64,000 nucleotides of DNA. Origin: a virus (taxonomy: Duplodnaviria > Caudoviricetes). Shown piece after piece: positions 45,561-55,543 of the stretch. A program made the position numbers and the translations under genes. A model generated the notes under the pieces. That model was given only the letters and a program-made list of their open reading frames with translations. It had not been told where the DNA came from and did not search any database. Position 1 is the first letter of the stretch, and every line of letters begins with the position of its first letter. The stretch spans positions 1 to 64,000 of IMG/VR virus record IMGVR_UViG_3300017912_004409; one strand, 5' to 3'.

Positions 45561-45959
45561 ATGACAGACAAATTTTTAGAAGAAGTAGTTTATGAATTGA
45601 GAGGCATCAAAACAATCCTTGGATCAATGTGGCATTCTAGGTATAAAAACGATGAGACAGATCGAATAAATCCAGAGGCCTATGCTGATGAATATATTTC
45701 TACAGAAGAATGCGCAAAAAGATTAAATATATCAGATCAAACAATTCGCAACTGGATTGCTAAAGCCAAAACACATAAAGACAAAGGATGGATAGAAGGT
45801 ATTCATTATGTTAATGTCTGTCCTAACTTTAAATCAAAGCCAGTTATTCGTATTCCTTGGAACGAATTAATTAGAAGCTTTGCTAAAAATAAATCAACTG
45901 AAATTGTTGATTTAAGAGAAAAACGCATGTACCAACCTCAAAATACGGTTCGCCTCTAA
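45561..45959 (+). CDS. Excisionase/MerR-like HTH protein
   Basis: YISTEECAKRLNISDQTIRNWI...GIHYV. Confidence 0.7.
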   Translation: MTDKFLEEVVYELRGIKTILGSMWHSRYKNDETDRINPEAYADEYISTEECAKRLNISDQTIRNWIAKAKTHKDKGWIEGIHYVNVCPNFKSKPVIRIPWNELIRSFAKNKSTEIVDLREKRMYQPQNTVRL

Positions 45960-46456
45960 TGTCTAATCTATTAAAAAATATCGATATCTCAGAAGTAACA
46001 ATTGAGAATAGTTTTGAGACACTTCCTTCAAATTTATTTGAGCAGGTTTCAATTTTTTTTCCGCCCTCAGGTTCCTTTGATGATTCTTGTCTTCAAAGAT
46101 ATTTAAAAAATTTAATTGAATATGAAGAAGAGGATTGTAGTTCTTCTATGTCTTTAACAAATCAACTAAGACTAGCTTTTTCTGATATGAATCCAGATAC
46201 AATTTGTGGCAAATTTCCACAGGCAGAATTGGCTTTAAAAAGAAGGTTGCGTTGTGTTGCTGAGTATTTAATTAGATCTAAAGAATTTGATAAATTAAAG
46301 AATGAAAACGGTCAATTAATCAAAAAACGAGGAGTTATAGGTAAACTAGTGTGTGTGTACAAGCCACTGCCAAAACTTTTAGAATCATTAAAAAAACAAG
46401 GACTTTTAAACAATGAACAGACAAGAAAAACTGTTGTCAACCCTTTTGAGAAATAA
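45959..46456 (+). CDS. Hypothetical protein
   Basis: 165-aa ORF, translationally coupled. Confidence 0.65.
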   Translation: MSNLLKNIDISEVTIENSFETLPSNLFEQVSIFFPPSGSFDDSCLQRYLKNLIEYEEEDCSSSMSLTNQLRLAFSDMNPDTICGKFPQAELALKRRLRCVAEYLIRSKEFDKLKNENGQLIKKRGVIGKLVCVYKPLPKLLESLKKQGLLNNEQTRKTVVNPFEK

Positions 46457-46805
46457 ACATGATTCAACTGAAGCGCACATGATTGATACAACTGTGCGCT
46501 TTATCTTAAATGATATGGCTAATATCTATATAGAATTTTGGAAAAACGAGGGTCCAGGGATAATGGTATTTCAGCCTGATAGTCCTGATAGAAGCATGTT
46601 TTATTGGACCCTGGAAGAACTTCATAATGCTAAAGAAAGTTGCGAAAAAGAAAACAATGGAGATTTAGCTGAAAGTTTTAGACGCATTTTAGAAGCTGCT
46701 TCAAAAATCAAACCAGATGAAAAAGCAGGTTATTTGATAAATGATAATGAAGGTATAAGATATTTTGAAATAGATTATAACAAAGCTGAGGATGGGAATA
46801 ACTAA
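46413..46805 (+). CDS. Hypothetical protein
   Basis: 130-aa ORF. Confidence 0.65.
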   Translation: MNRQEKLLSTLLRNKHDSTEAHMIDTTVRFILNDMANIYIEFWKNEGPGIMVFQPDSPDRSMFYWTLEELHNAKESCEKENNGDLAESFRRILEAASKIKPDEKAGYLINDNEGIRYFEIDYNKAEDGNN

Positions 46806-47376
46806 AGACTATCGTCGTGAAGATCAAGAGTTAATTACCAATCCTGATTTGGTTCAATCGGCTCATGCTTTGATGGGTGATATTGATTTAGATGTTGCCA
46901 GTTCAGCTGTTGCTAATAAATATGTTCAAGCTAAGGAATTTTTTAGTCCTCAAGATGATGGTTTAAACGAACAAGAATGGTATGGCAAATGTTATTTATT
47001 CCCACCCAGTGGCACATACTTCTTTGATAAAAAGAAAGATAAATGGCGTATGACTCGTTGTAATGCAACTGTTATTAATTCTTCTCATTCAGTTTGGTTT
47101 CAAAAATTATATCGTTCATGGTTAAAAGGCAGTATAGAGCAAGCAATTTTCTTTACAAATTGTACAGATATCATTAGGTATGAACAAAAAATTTTTGATT
47201 TTCCTGTTTGTATTTTAAGGACAGCTCCTGAATTAATTAAAAATTCTAGTAAAGGAATCACAAAACATAGAACCTCTACTTCATTAGTTGTGTATTTGCA
47301 ACCTAAACATAATTCTGGAGAGGCTACACAAAATTTTTTAGATATTTATTCCGAAAAAGGTCGCATTTTATATTAA
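46792..47376 (+). CDS. Phage Dam-like N6-adenine methyltransferase fold with degenerate catalytic motif
   Basis: IDLDVASS, DDGL..EW.G; FPPS occupies the NPPY position. Confidence 0.65.
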   Translation: MGITKDYRREDQELITNPDLVQSAHALMGDIDLDVASSAVANKYVQAKEFFSPQDDGLNEQEWYGKCYLFPPSGTYFFDKKKDKWRMTRCNATVINSSHSVWFQKLYRSWLKGSIEQAIFFTNCTDIIRYEQKIFDFPVCILRTAPELIKNSSKGITKHRTSTSLVVYLQPKHNSGEATQNFLDIYSEKGRILY

Positions 47377-47409
47377 ACTGATTAAAGTAATTAAACCTAG
47401 AACAGATCA

Positions 47410-47997
47410 ATGACTCTTTTGTGTGATAAGGAAATTTCTGATTTGGCTATTAATGAAAATATGATCAATCCTTTTACTCCTAAAATTATTAGAGAAGAAA
47501 ATGGTAGAAAAATTTTAAGCTATGGTTTGGGTTCTTATGGTTATGATATTAGGCTTTCTCCTTCTCAGTGTGTTGTTTTTGGGCGTATTGGTGTTGGTGA
47601 AACAGATCCTAAAAATTTTAATCAAGATATTTTGCGTCCTATAGAACTCTTAAAGGATGAACGTGGGGAATATTTTTTAATTCCTCCTTATGGTTATTGT
47701 TTAGGAGTTGCAGAAGAGCGTTTAGAGCTACCAGATGATGTTACTGTTGTTGCAATGGGTAAAAGTTCTTATGCAAGAACAGGTATCATTGCCAATATCA
47801 CCCCGGCAGAAGCTGGTTGGTGCGGCCATCTTACTTTAGAAATTAGTAATGCTACTCCTTTATTTAACAGAATTTATGCAAATGAAGGCATAATTCAGTT
47901 GTTATTTTATAGAGGTAATCCTTGTAATATTACTTATCATCAACGCCAGGGTAAATATCAAGACCAGGCAAAGGAAGTAGTTACTTCTAAAGTTTAA
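47410..47997 (+). CDS. dcd: dCTP deaminase
   Basis: SYGLGSYGYDIRL; GKSSYAR; TPAEAGWCG.LTLEI; YQDQ. Confidence 0.92.
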   Translation: MTLLCDKEISDLAINENMINPFTPKIIREENGRKILSYGLGSYGYDIRLSPSQCVVFGRIGVGETDPKNFNQDILRPIELLKDERGEYFLIPPYGYCLGVAEERLELPDDVTVVAMGKSSYARTGIIANITPAEAGWCGHLTLEISNATPLFNRIYANEGIIQLLFYRGNPCNITYHQRQGKYQDQAKEVVTSKV

Positions 47998-48368
47998 AAG
48001 AAAAAATTACCAAAACTAGCTTTTTCTGGTTTTTGTGCATAAGCTGTTGATCCTACAGGTCCAAATGATGCTCCTTCATTTGCACTTGTAGGTTCTTTTA
48101 TAGCTTGACTTTTTAATCTTCTTCCAGCTGCTTTTGCTGCTCTTAAAAATTTAGCTACACTACTTTGTTTTCTCTCTCCTCTTAAGTTTCCAAACTTAGC
48201 GGCAACTCCTTCTTCTTTTCCAGGGACTCTTCTTAAATCAACATCATAAGCTTGTTCAGGATTTAAATCTGATGACTCAGCTCCTGATGTTCCCGAATCA
48301 ATTCTTGGGTCGTAAGTTTGTCTTACTCTACCCGAAAAAGCCTGTTCTGGTTGATATGTTTTTGCCAT
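47994..48368 (-). CDS. Hypothetical protein
   Basis: MAKTYQPEQ... Confidence 0.55.
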   Translation of the reverse strand: MAKTYQPEQAFSGRVRQTYDPRIDSGTSGAESSDLNPEQAYDVDLRRVPGKEEGVAAKFGNLRGERKQSSVAKFLRAAKAAGRRLKSQAIKEPTSANEGASFGPVGSTAYAQKPEKASFGNFFF

Positions 48369-48401
48369 GTTAATATTGTAAGCGACAGACATCTTAGTAA
48401 A

Positions 48402-48770
48402 ATGAAAACCGATTTATTTTTAGATGGATATTTAAATGAAAATGGTGATGAGCTAACACGTAGAGCTTTATCTATATGTGATTTTGGTCAGCCTTTAGAT
48501 AATGAAGAAAATGATGTTCCGCTCTATGATCAATACAATACGGGTTTAGCTCTTACTGAACAAGGGCGCGAACGTATTAATTTAGCTCTGGAGGGAAATC
48601 AATGTCCAATGAAAGCAAGTCGTCCGGGTGTAACAGGAATTATTCCGAGCATGGAGCAGGGTGTTTTGATGGGAGCAATGCCAATGCCCAGGACTTTAGC
48701 AACCATACCTTTAATGGGTATGCCTGTTCAGGAACAAATGCTTGCCATGCAGCGCCAGGGGAAAATGTAA
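48402..48770 (+). CDS. Hypothetical protein
   Basis: MKTDLFLDGY...; Met/Pro-rich C-terminus. Confidence 0.55.
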   Translation: MKTDLFLDGYLNENGDELTRRALSICDFGQPLDNEENDVPLYDQYNTGLALTEQGRERINLALEGNQCPMKASRPGVTGIIPSMEQGVLMGAMPMPRTLATIPLMGMPVQEQMLAMQRQGKM

Positions 48771-48811
48771 TTTCTCAAACTTATCCACCTGTTAGTTTTG
48801 AAGCGGTATCA

Positions 48812-49087
48812 ATGAATGATATCAACTTTAAAGAATGGGAACGGGCTTGGGAACCACCTATTATTCTTAAATTAGAAAAGGATTCCAACGTAAACAATCC
48901 TTCTCATTATCAATCTGAAAAAATGGAGTGTATTGATGCTATTGAAGCGCAATTAACTTCTGAAGAATTTATGGGATTTTTAAAAGGTAATATTGCTAAA
49001 TATCTGTGGCGTGAAAAAGCAAAAGGCGGCGCAGAGTCTTTAAAAAAAGCTAAATGGTATTTAGATAAATTAATTGAAATTAGATGA
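48812..49087 (+). CDS. DUF3310 protein (family of T7 gp1.7-like nucleotide kinases); start uncertain
   Basis: VNNPSHY...ECIDAI...GFLKGNIAKYLWR...KGG.ESLKKAKWYL. Confidence 0.85.
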   Translation: MNDINFKEWERAWEPPIILKLEKDSNVNNPSHYQSEKMECIDAIEAQLTSEEFMGFLKGNIAKYLWREKAKGGAESLKKAKWYLDKLIEIR

Positions 49088-49367
49088 GTTGTGTATCATC
49101 TTCATCATCTTCTGTTTCATTCTCCTGTGTCATATGAGTAAGTTCTTCTAATTCAAGTTCAGTGGGGATGTCAAATTCAATATTGACACCCTCACTGGCC
49201 ATGATGTCTTTTACTGCTGTAATTTCTACTAACCTTTGATGATAGAGATTCAATAATGTATGATATAACTGATCTCGCGTCATATCTGCAGCATGTAATT
49301 CAGCTTTGCGCATCGCAAATTTGAATTCCAATGGCAGCTCTAATTCGGTAGGTTCTATATAATCCAT
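49080..49367 (-). CDS. nblA: NblA-like phycobilisome degradation adaptor with acidic tail
   Basis: LELPLEFKFAMR...DMTRDQL...LLNLYHQRLV aligns with NblA consensus L.LEQ.F..R...M...Q....L..LY.Q. Confidence 0.7.
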   Translation of the reverse strand: MDYIEPTELELPLEFKFAMRKAELHAADMTRDQLYHTLLNLYHQRLVEITAVKDIMASEGVNIEFDIPTELELEELTHMTQENETEDDEDDTQLI

Positions 49368-49425
49368 GAAATACTAAATTTTTTTCTATAACTATTTTAT
49401 CGTTTATTTTAAAAATTACACCTTA

Positions 49426-49536
49426 CTATCCCTGTCCTTTTTTTAATTTCTTGTTATGTTTTGGCTTTGAATGCTGACCGTTTCCTTGTCTTGTTTTCTT
49501 AGGAGAACCTATGACGTAGCCACTGCCTTTTTTCAT
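49426..49536 (-). CDS. 36-aa basic protein, absent from the ORF track
   Basis: MKKGSGYVIGSPKKTRQGNGQHSKPKHNKKLKKGQG; KKTRQG..GQG recurs in cyanophage small proteins. Confidence 0.6.
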   Translation of the reverse strand: MKKGSGYVIGSPKKTRQGNGQHSKPKHNKKLKKGQG

Positions 49537-49566
49537 GATCTTGAAAAACTCTTCTTATTATATCTA

Positions 49567-52500
49567 CTATCTCCAGGTAAACAAGTTTCCTAGGTTTCCA
49601 AAGGTACTTTCGATACTGTCTTCTGGGTCTTCTTCGTCTTCATCAAGACTAAAGCTGAATAAACTATCCTCGTCGGTTGTGGCATCTTTTTGTTCCTCGA
49701 TTGAATCATCAAATACATTTTCTAAAGATGTCAATGATGTAAATGGATCAGACAAATCAATTTCAAAATCAGGTATTTTTCCTTGAATAATTTTATCTAA
49801 GACTTGCATATCTTCTAAGCTTTCACCTTCTAAGAAGGTATCAAAAAATTCTTCTTGTGATCCTTGGTAGCCTGTATCTTGAAACAGTTTATAGATTGCA
49901 GTAAAGTCTTCTTCATTAACTGTGTTATCTTCATCTCTTTCAATATAGGTAGCGCCAAGGCGAGCTTGTGTTGGTTTCAATTCTTTCTTATTTAATAATT
50001 CAATTGTTTCTCTAATTTCAGCTGCTTCAGCTGTTCTTAACACTTCTGCCGCATAGTCTGATAATTCTTCAAAAGTTGTATCACTTCCTAATCCAAAACT
50101 TTCTAATAACTCTTTCCAGGTTTCAGGATTGTCTTCTGGATTTACTCCTCCTAATAAATATTTAATTGCATCATCAGGTGAAACAAACTCACTAAAAACA
50201 GTTGGAATTGATGCTGCTTTATCCGCAATAGTATTTCGTAATATTGTAGCTGATATATTCTGTGGATTTTCAGAACCTGAAAGCATTACTAATCTTGTGT
50301 TACCATCTTCGTCAGTTACATTAATTCCTTTTGATCCAATCAATTGATAATGCAGTCTCGCAAAAGTATCTAAATCATTAATGGCGTTTTCAATAGTTGT
50401 ATCATCTAGTCTATTAATATAACCATAATAATAAAGATTTTCTACCCATGTTCCCAAAGAGGGGTTATTGGGGTCAACCAAGCTGGTTGGATCATTGACT
50501 GCACGCTCTAAATCTTCTTGTATTAAATTCTTCTGATTTATATTTTCTGTTCGTTTATTTTCTTGCCATGCTTTTATTTCTTCTTCTGTATTTAAATTCA
50601 CAGGAGCATATAAATGATCATATGGATTTAAATAATAATTTGGATTAAAATCTTTATCGTATTTACCTTCTATTATATTTTGAAATTGTTCTTTTGCTGA
50701 TTCAAAAGCAGCAATTTTAACTTCTTCTAAACGGTTAATTGTTTGGAATATATTTTCTTCTCCTTCTTCAACATCCATATAACTAACAAATTCTTCCATT
50801 GATTTTGAATAATCAAATCTAGGTTTTAAATATGTATTAATAAATTCATTTGCAAAATCATATTCTATTTTTATTTCTTCTCCTTCGCTGTCTTCAAGTT
50901 TTAATCCTTGTTTTGCTTGTGAATACAAAGTATTGTATAAACCATCAAATGTTGATTTAATATCAAATAATTCTTGTTCTTCTTCATCTGTATATCCTGA
51001 TTTATTTAAAACATAAGTATTTCCTTCTTCGTCTTCTATTTCTTGATTAATATCTTTATAAAACATCAATGGTAATAAATTTGGATTATTTAAATCTTCT
51101 TCTGTTCTTAATGATGGATTATTCATGTAATCTGTAGACAACCCAGTTGCAGCACTTTGAACTAGGTCCAATTTCAAGGTTCCGAACATAGTTTCAGCAT
51201 CTTGTGCTCTAGACGGCAATGATGTTTTCCCTGTCAAGATATTTAATAAAAGTTGTGCTGTGTCTTGTAGTGTTTGATCTGATGACGAAAGAGCCGTTTC
51301 GGTTTGCCAACTTTTATCTACTTCTTTTTTTTGATCTGATGTTAAATATGCATAATCTCTTCTGTATAAATGTTTTGCCCAATCATTTTTATTATCAATG
51401 CCCAAAATATTTTTTCTATTATTTAATTTTATTTCATACGGTTGATCAATAATCTGTTGTAAAAAATCAGTAAGCTCATTTGCAGTGTTAAATCCAGTTC
51501 GATCTACTATTGCTTGATGTGGTCGTTTTGTACCATCTGCATTAGTGCGCAATATATCGCTTGGCTCCTTCCAGTATCTTTTTGTTTGTCCATAAGTGTA
51601 ATAAGGATACTGTTTACTGTAATCAATTAATTGTCTTCCTATATTAGTAAGCACATTTAATGTTCCTATTCCAATTGATTGAAATGGTGTTTTTTGTTTA
51701 TCCATATAATCTTTAATTACACTTCCCTCTGTTGAACTAAAATAAGTAGATAAATTTTCTTCATCATTTAAAAGGGCATCTTCTTTTAAGCGATCAATAA
51801 ATTCTTGAGAAAATAAAACATCATCTCCTTCATCTAATAAACCTTCCCTATCGCCTCTTTCTTGTTCTATTGTTTCAATAGTTTCTAGTATTTTTTCATT
51901 TACTTTGTTTAACATTTCGTCTGATACATTTCCTGTATATTCATTAATAAAAGTTGAACCTTTTAAATTTTGTTTTGCTAGCTCTTGTTCTTCTTGTAGT
52001 GTATTTGCAAAAGCTTGAGATCTAATTGTTTCAATAAATCTATCTGCCTCCACTTCTGCATATTTAGTTGTTAAAGTTTCATCAAACCATTTTTGCCAAT
52101 TGTATGTAACATTATTTGAAATGCCTGATAAATCTTGAAATTTATTTGCCCAATCAGTTTTTAAATCATTAATACTCGTATCACCTCCAAAGGCCATAAC
52201 CATTCCAAGGCCATCTCCTAATAAATTATCTGCTAATACCTCACCTAAATTAAATACTTCTTTTAATCCGCCGATATTCATTAATGTATCAAATTCTAGT
52301 TCTTGTTTTCTTATGGTTTCTAATTGTTTTATTGTTTCATTTCTTGCATCTTTAAATAAGACATCAAATTTTTTATTTTCTGTTATTTCATTTGGAGCCA
52401 AATATTTTAATGCTTCTATCTCTCTATACTCATCTCCTGCTTCCATTAAGTATGTATTTTTTTCATCTTCTTCCAAATTGACAACAGCTTCAGATAACAT

Positions 52501-54822
52501 TGTTTTTAATTGATCAAAATCAATTTCTTCATCTTCTGGAATTTGAGGTAAATCTAAATCTTCTAAAATTTGAGGTAAACTGTCAGGATCACTTATTACT
52601 CTATTAATTAAAGATTCTGAAATTATTGAGTTTGCAAAGTCAGGATCAGATTCTAATAAACTTGAAGTATCTGCACCCAGTGATAAATTTCTAAGCATTT
52701 GATATTCATAATCTGTTGGGGCAATGTTTCGATTGTAATTATCTACATTTGTTGGAGTGTCCCCTTTATATCCTCTTATGCCATTTAAATATCCATATTT
52801 TCTATAATGTGCTTTCCAATAATTAGTTTGACCTTCTGCTAGCATTTCTGCTGCTAATTCTTGATTTTCTGGGCTTTGACTTCCCATTAATGCAATCATT
52901 TGTGTTGCAGGTAATGGGGTAAATCTAAATATGGTATCCCAGTCTCCTTTTTCTAACGCTTCTTCCCATAAATCATTTCCTGAGTCAGCAAAAACTTGAT
53001 CTGGTTCATATAAAGCTAATTGACCTTTATAAAAAATAGGATCAAATTCTGTATCTACTGCTTCTCCTGTTTTAAATTTTATTGGGTCAATTTCTAAATC
53101 ATCTCTCCATTGATTGGGTTGAATAATTTCATTAGCCCAAAATAATTGTGCAGCTTGTAAAATATCTCTTTTTTGTCGTTCTGAAAAAAAGTTTGATGAG
53201 CGATCAAATATACTACTATCTACATAATTGTTACCCGTTGCTGCAACAAGATTGTCTAGATCAAAAATCCAAAAATCAATGTCTTTCCATTGAACATCGT
53301 AACCCTGTTCTGCTTTTTGTTTTAATACAAGTAATCTTCTTTCTATTTCTTTAATTGCTTTTGTTTGTTGTGCTGCCAAAGTATGACTGTCAATATGCAT
53401 TGCTTTATTATCATGAGTTCTAACTCTTAAATTTCCTTCTCCAGTATCTTTATCATATCCATAAAAAATCCCAACAACATCTGGATCGGATTCAGGTTGA
53501 AATTCATCAGGCAGTGCGCCCCCGGGGAATTGTTCTACAAAATCCCAATAAGGATGGTCTGGATCGTATCTATATGACAGTTTCCCTTCTCCAAATATTT
53601 CCTTTTGTTTTTGGCGCATATCATTAATTGTTTTTTGCATCTGTTGTTGATACTCTGCATACACGACATCATATGGCGTTAATATGGCTGTCGGACTTTG
53701 GTACGTTGGAGCTTGTGATACTTTGGACCCGATTGATCTTGATAAACGTTGAGGACTAATAATAAAAGATTCATCAAAATTTAAAATATTTGGATTATCA
53801 TTTGTTCTTGACATAGAATTTAATCTAGGAAAATCTTTAGCACTATAAAGACGATCCGACTCAGGTATATTTTCTATATCTTCTCTTGGTGGTGTTACAC
53901 TGCCATTTTCAATCGCTTGTGCTAAGTCAAAATGGCCACCATAACCTGCACTTAAAAATATCTTTGTTGCTTTAAGTTTTCCATCATTTTTATCTTTATA
54001 TATTAAATATTTATCATTATCAATTTCTGATCCACGGTAAACTTGTCCGTCTGGAGCTAATACATTTGTAGCATCTCTTTGGTCAGGTGGTAATGCTGAA
54101 CCCCAAGAAGGTAGATTTTTATTATATTCTTCCCAAATTTTATCATTAGCTCTATGTGTTCTTAACCAATAAAGATCGCTCTTTGCTCCATATTTATACG
54201 TACCTTCGTCAATCATCCATTTATTTTTTCTAATATTTTCTATAAGCGGTCCTGCATAGCTCATCTCTAAATTTTCTGGCATTGTAAAATTAGGTTCATA
54301 TTGTTGTATCCAAGCTTCTAACTCTTTATCATTCATTACTGGGTTACCCCATCGATCTAATTCTCCTTCACTTGTTGGATCTGTGCCATATAATCTTTCC
54401 ATTTGAGCAGAAAGCTCAGCTGGAGTGTTATTAAATGTAGTAGTACCATCTGGTTGAATTGTAGTTTCATCCAGGGGTAAATCTCCTTCTGAGTTTAAAT
54501 CTATTTCTGATTCAGCCTGATTATTTTCTGAATCGTTATTATTTATATTTGGTATCGTTTCTTCTGTATCGTTTTTTGCTTCTTCTGTTTGTTTGAAATA
54601 ATCTTGTACTTGAGCTGTTTCAGTCGAATTTAATTGTCTGCCTAACGCTTCTTCTGCTAAATCTTGTAATTGATTAATCCATTCTTCAGTATATGGACCC
54701 TCATTAAATAAATTTTGACCACCTACGTTCATATAGGGATCAACCAATCCCATTTTATTATTCTCATTTAACCAATTTAAAATTTCACCATAAACAGAAG
54801 GTATAGAAGGTGTTTGTGCCAT
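49567..54822 (-). CDS. Very large acidic protein, putative virion/ejection protein
   Basis: 1751-aa ORF, Asp/Glu-rich, no recognised catalytic motif. Confidence 0.6.
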   Translation of the reverse strand: MAQTPSIPSVYGEILNWLNENNKMGLVDPYMNVGGQNLFNEGPYTEEWINQLQDLAEEALGRQLNSTETAQVQDYFKQTEEAKNDTEETIPNINNNDSENNQAESEIDLNSEGDLPLDETTIQPDGTTTFNNTPAELSAQMERLYGTDPTSEGELDRWGNPVMNDKELEAWIQQYEPNFTMPENLEMSYAGPLIENIRKNKWMIDEGTYKYGAKSDLYWLRTHRANDKIWEEYNKNLPSWGSALPPDQRDATNVLAPDGQVYRGSEIDNDKYLIYKDKNDGKLKATKIFLSAGYGGHFDLAQAIENGSVTPPREDIENIPESDRLYSAKDFPRLNSMSRTNDNPNILNFDESFIISPQRLSRSIGSKVSQAPTYQSPTAILTPYDVVYAEYQQQMQKTINDMRQKQKEIFGEGKLSYRYDPDHPYWDFVEQFPGGALPDEFQPESDPDVVGIFYGYDKDTGEGNLRVRTHDNKAMHIDSHTLAAQQTKAIKEIERRLLVLKQKAEQGYDVQWKDIDFWIFDLDNLVAATGNNYVDSSIFDRSSNFFSERQKRDILQAAQLFWANEIIQPNQWRDDLEIDPIKFKTGEAVDTEFDPIFYKGQLALYEPDQVFADSGNDLWEEALEKGDWDTIFRFTPLPATQMIALMGSQSPENQELAAEMLAEGQTNYWKAHYRKYGYLNGIRGYKGDTPTNVDNYNRNIAPTDYEYQMLRNLSLGADTSSLLESDPDFANSIISESLINRVISDPDSLPQILEDLDLPQIPEDEEIDFDQLKTMLSEAVVNLEEDEKNTYLMEAGDEYREIEALKYLAPNEITENKKFDVLFKDARNETIKQLETIRKQELEFDTLMNIGGLKEVFNLGEVLADNLLGDGLGMVMAFGGDTSINDLKTDWANKFQDLSGISNNVTYNWQKWFDETLTTKYAEVEADRFIETIRSQAFANTLQEEQELAKQNLKGSTFINEYTGNVSDEMLNKVNEKILETIETIEQERGDREGLLDEGDDVLFSQEFIDRLKEDALLNDEENLSTYFSSTEGSVIKDYMDKQKTPFQSIGIGTLNVLTNIGRQLIDYSKQYPYYTYGQTKRYWKEPSDILRTNADGTKRPHQAIVDRTGFNTANELTDFLQQIIDQPYEIKLNNRKNILGIDNKNDWAKHLYRRDYAYLTSDQKKEVDKSWQTETALSSSDQTLQDTAQLLLNILTGKTSLPSRAQDAETMFGTLKLDLVQSAATGLSTDYMNNPSLRTEEDLNNPNLLPLMFYKDINQEIEDEEGNTYVLNKSGYTDEEEQELFDIKSTFDGLYNTLYSQAKQGLKLEDSEGEEIKIEYDFANEFINTYLKPRFDYSKSMEEFVSYMDVEEGEENIFQTINRLEEVKIAAFESAKEQFQNIIEGKYDKDFNPNYYLNPYDHLYAPVNLNTEEEIKAWQENKRTENINQKNLIQEDLERAVNDPTSLVDPNNPSLGTWVENLYYYGYINRLDDTTIENAINDLDTFARLHYQLIGSKGINVTDEDGNTRLVMLSGSENPQNISATILRNTIADKAASIPTVFSEFVSPDDAIKYLLGGVNPEDNPETWKELLESFGLGSDTTFEELSDYAAEVLRTAEAAEIRETIELLNKKELKPTQARLGATYIERDEDNTVNEEDFTAIYKLFQDTGYQGSQEEFFDTFLEGESLEDMQVLDKIIQGKIPDFEIDLSDPFTSLTSLENVFDDSIEEQKDATTDEDSLFSFSLDEDEEDPEDSIESTFGNLGNLFTWR

Positions 54823-55199
54823 TATGCGCTTACGTTTTTATTTATATAATTACTAGTATACTGAAAAAGATCAATTACTTCTTTTTTTATCCATTCTTGA
54901 ATTTTATTTAATTTTTCTTCAGTAAAAAATTTTTGTTTGCTATACCACTCGATCATGTCAAGAGAGCCTTTATTTGAATTACAACGTTGGCAACAGGGCA
55001 ATAAATTGTTACGATTACTAGAGCCAGATTTAAAACGTGGGACTATGTGGTCTAATGATGTTGCTGGTTCCCCGCAATATCCACAACAATGATCCCAGGA
55101 CTTGTATATTTCTTCTCTAAATCGTTTTTTTGCAAGTTTTGGCGTTATCTCAACTAGTAGTGCAAGGGCATCGGTTTCCGTTGCGAACATAGTATTCAA
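54822..55199 (-). CDS. HNH endonuclease
   Basis: CGYCG...SLDHIVP...NLLPCCQRCNSNKG. Confidence 0.9.
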   Translation of the reverse strand: MNTMFATETDALALLVEITPKLAKKRFREEIYKSWDHCCGYCGEPATSLDHIVPRFKSGSSNRNNLLPCCQRCNSNKGSLDMIEWYSKQKFFTEEKLNKIQEWIKKEVIDLFQYTSNYINKNVSA

Positions 55200-55306
55200 T
55201 TGCCATTATCTTATTTTAATATGTGCTAAATCTAACAAAAGAAACCGGGTGCCCTATTGACTTTTGTTTCCATACGCTTAGCTTATATATGCACCAGGTT
55301 TTTCCA

Positions 55307-55543
55307 ATGTCAAGAACTCATGGCTGGGTCACCGCCAACCAAATGTCAAAAGAGCTTAACATTGATAAAAAGGAACTTTTTAAGCTAAGGGATAACGGTA
55401 CATTTAATCTTGGTGCCCACTATGCTGCTTTCGATAAAATTACTTTTTCCAGAGACAGCTATCTTTGGAATAAAAATGCCGTCAAGAATGACTGGGAGAA
55501 AGCTCGGGCGTACGAACAAACTTCTTATTCAGCTTCTGTTTAG
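55307..55543 (+). CDS. Excisionase-like HTH protein
   Basis: WVTANQMSKELNIDKKELFKLRD.G.F..G.HY. Confidence 0.55.
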   Translation: MSRTHGWVTANQMSKELNIDKKELFKLRDNGTFNLGAHYAAFDKITFSRDSYLWNKNAVKNDWEKARAYEQTSYSASV

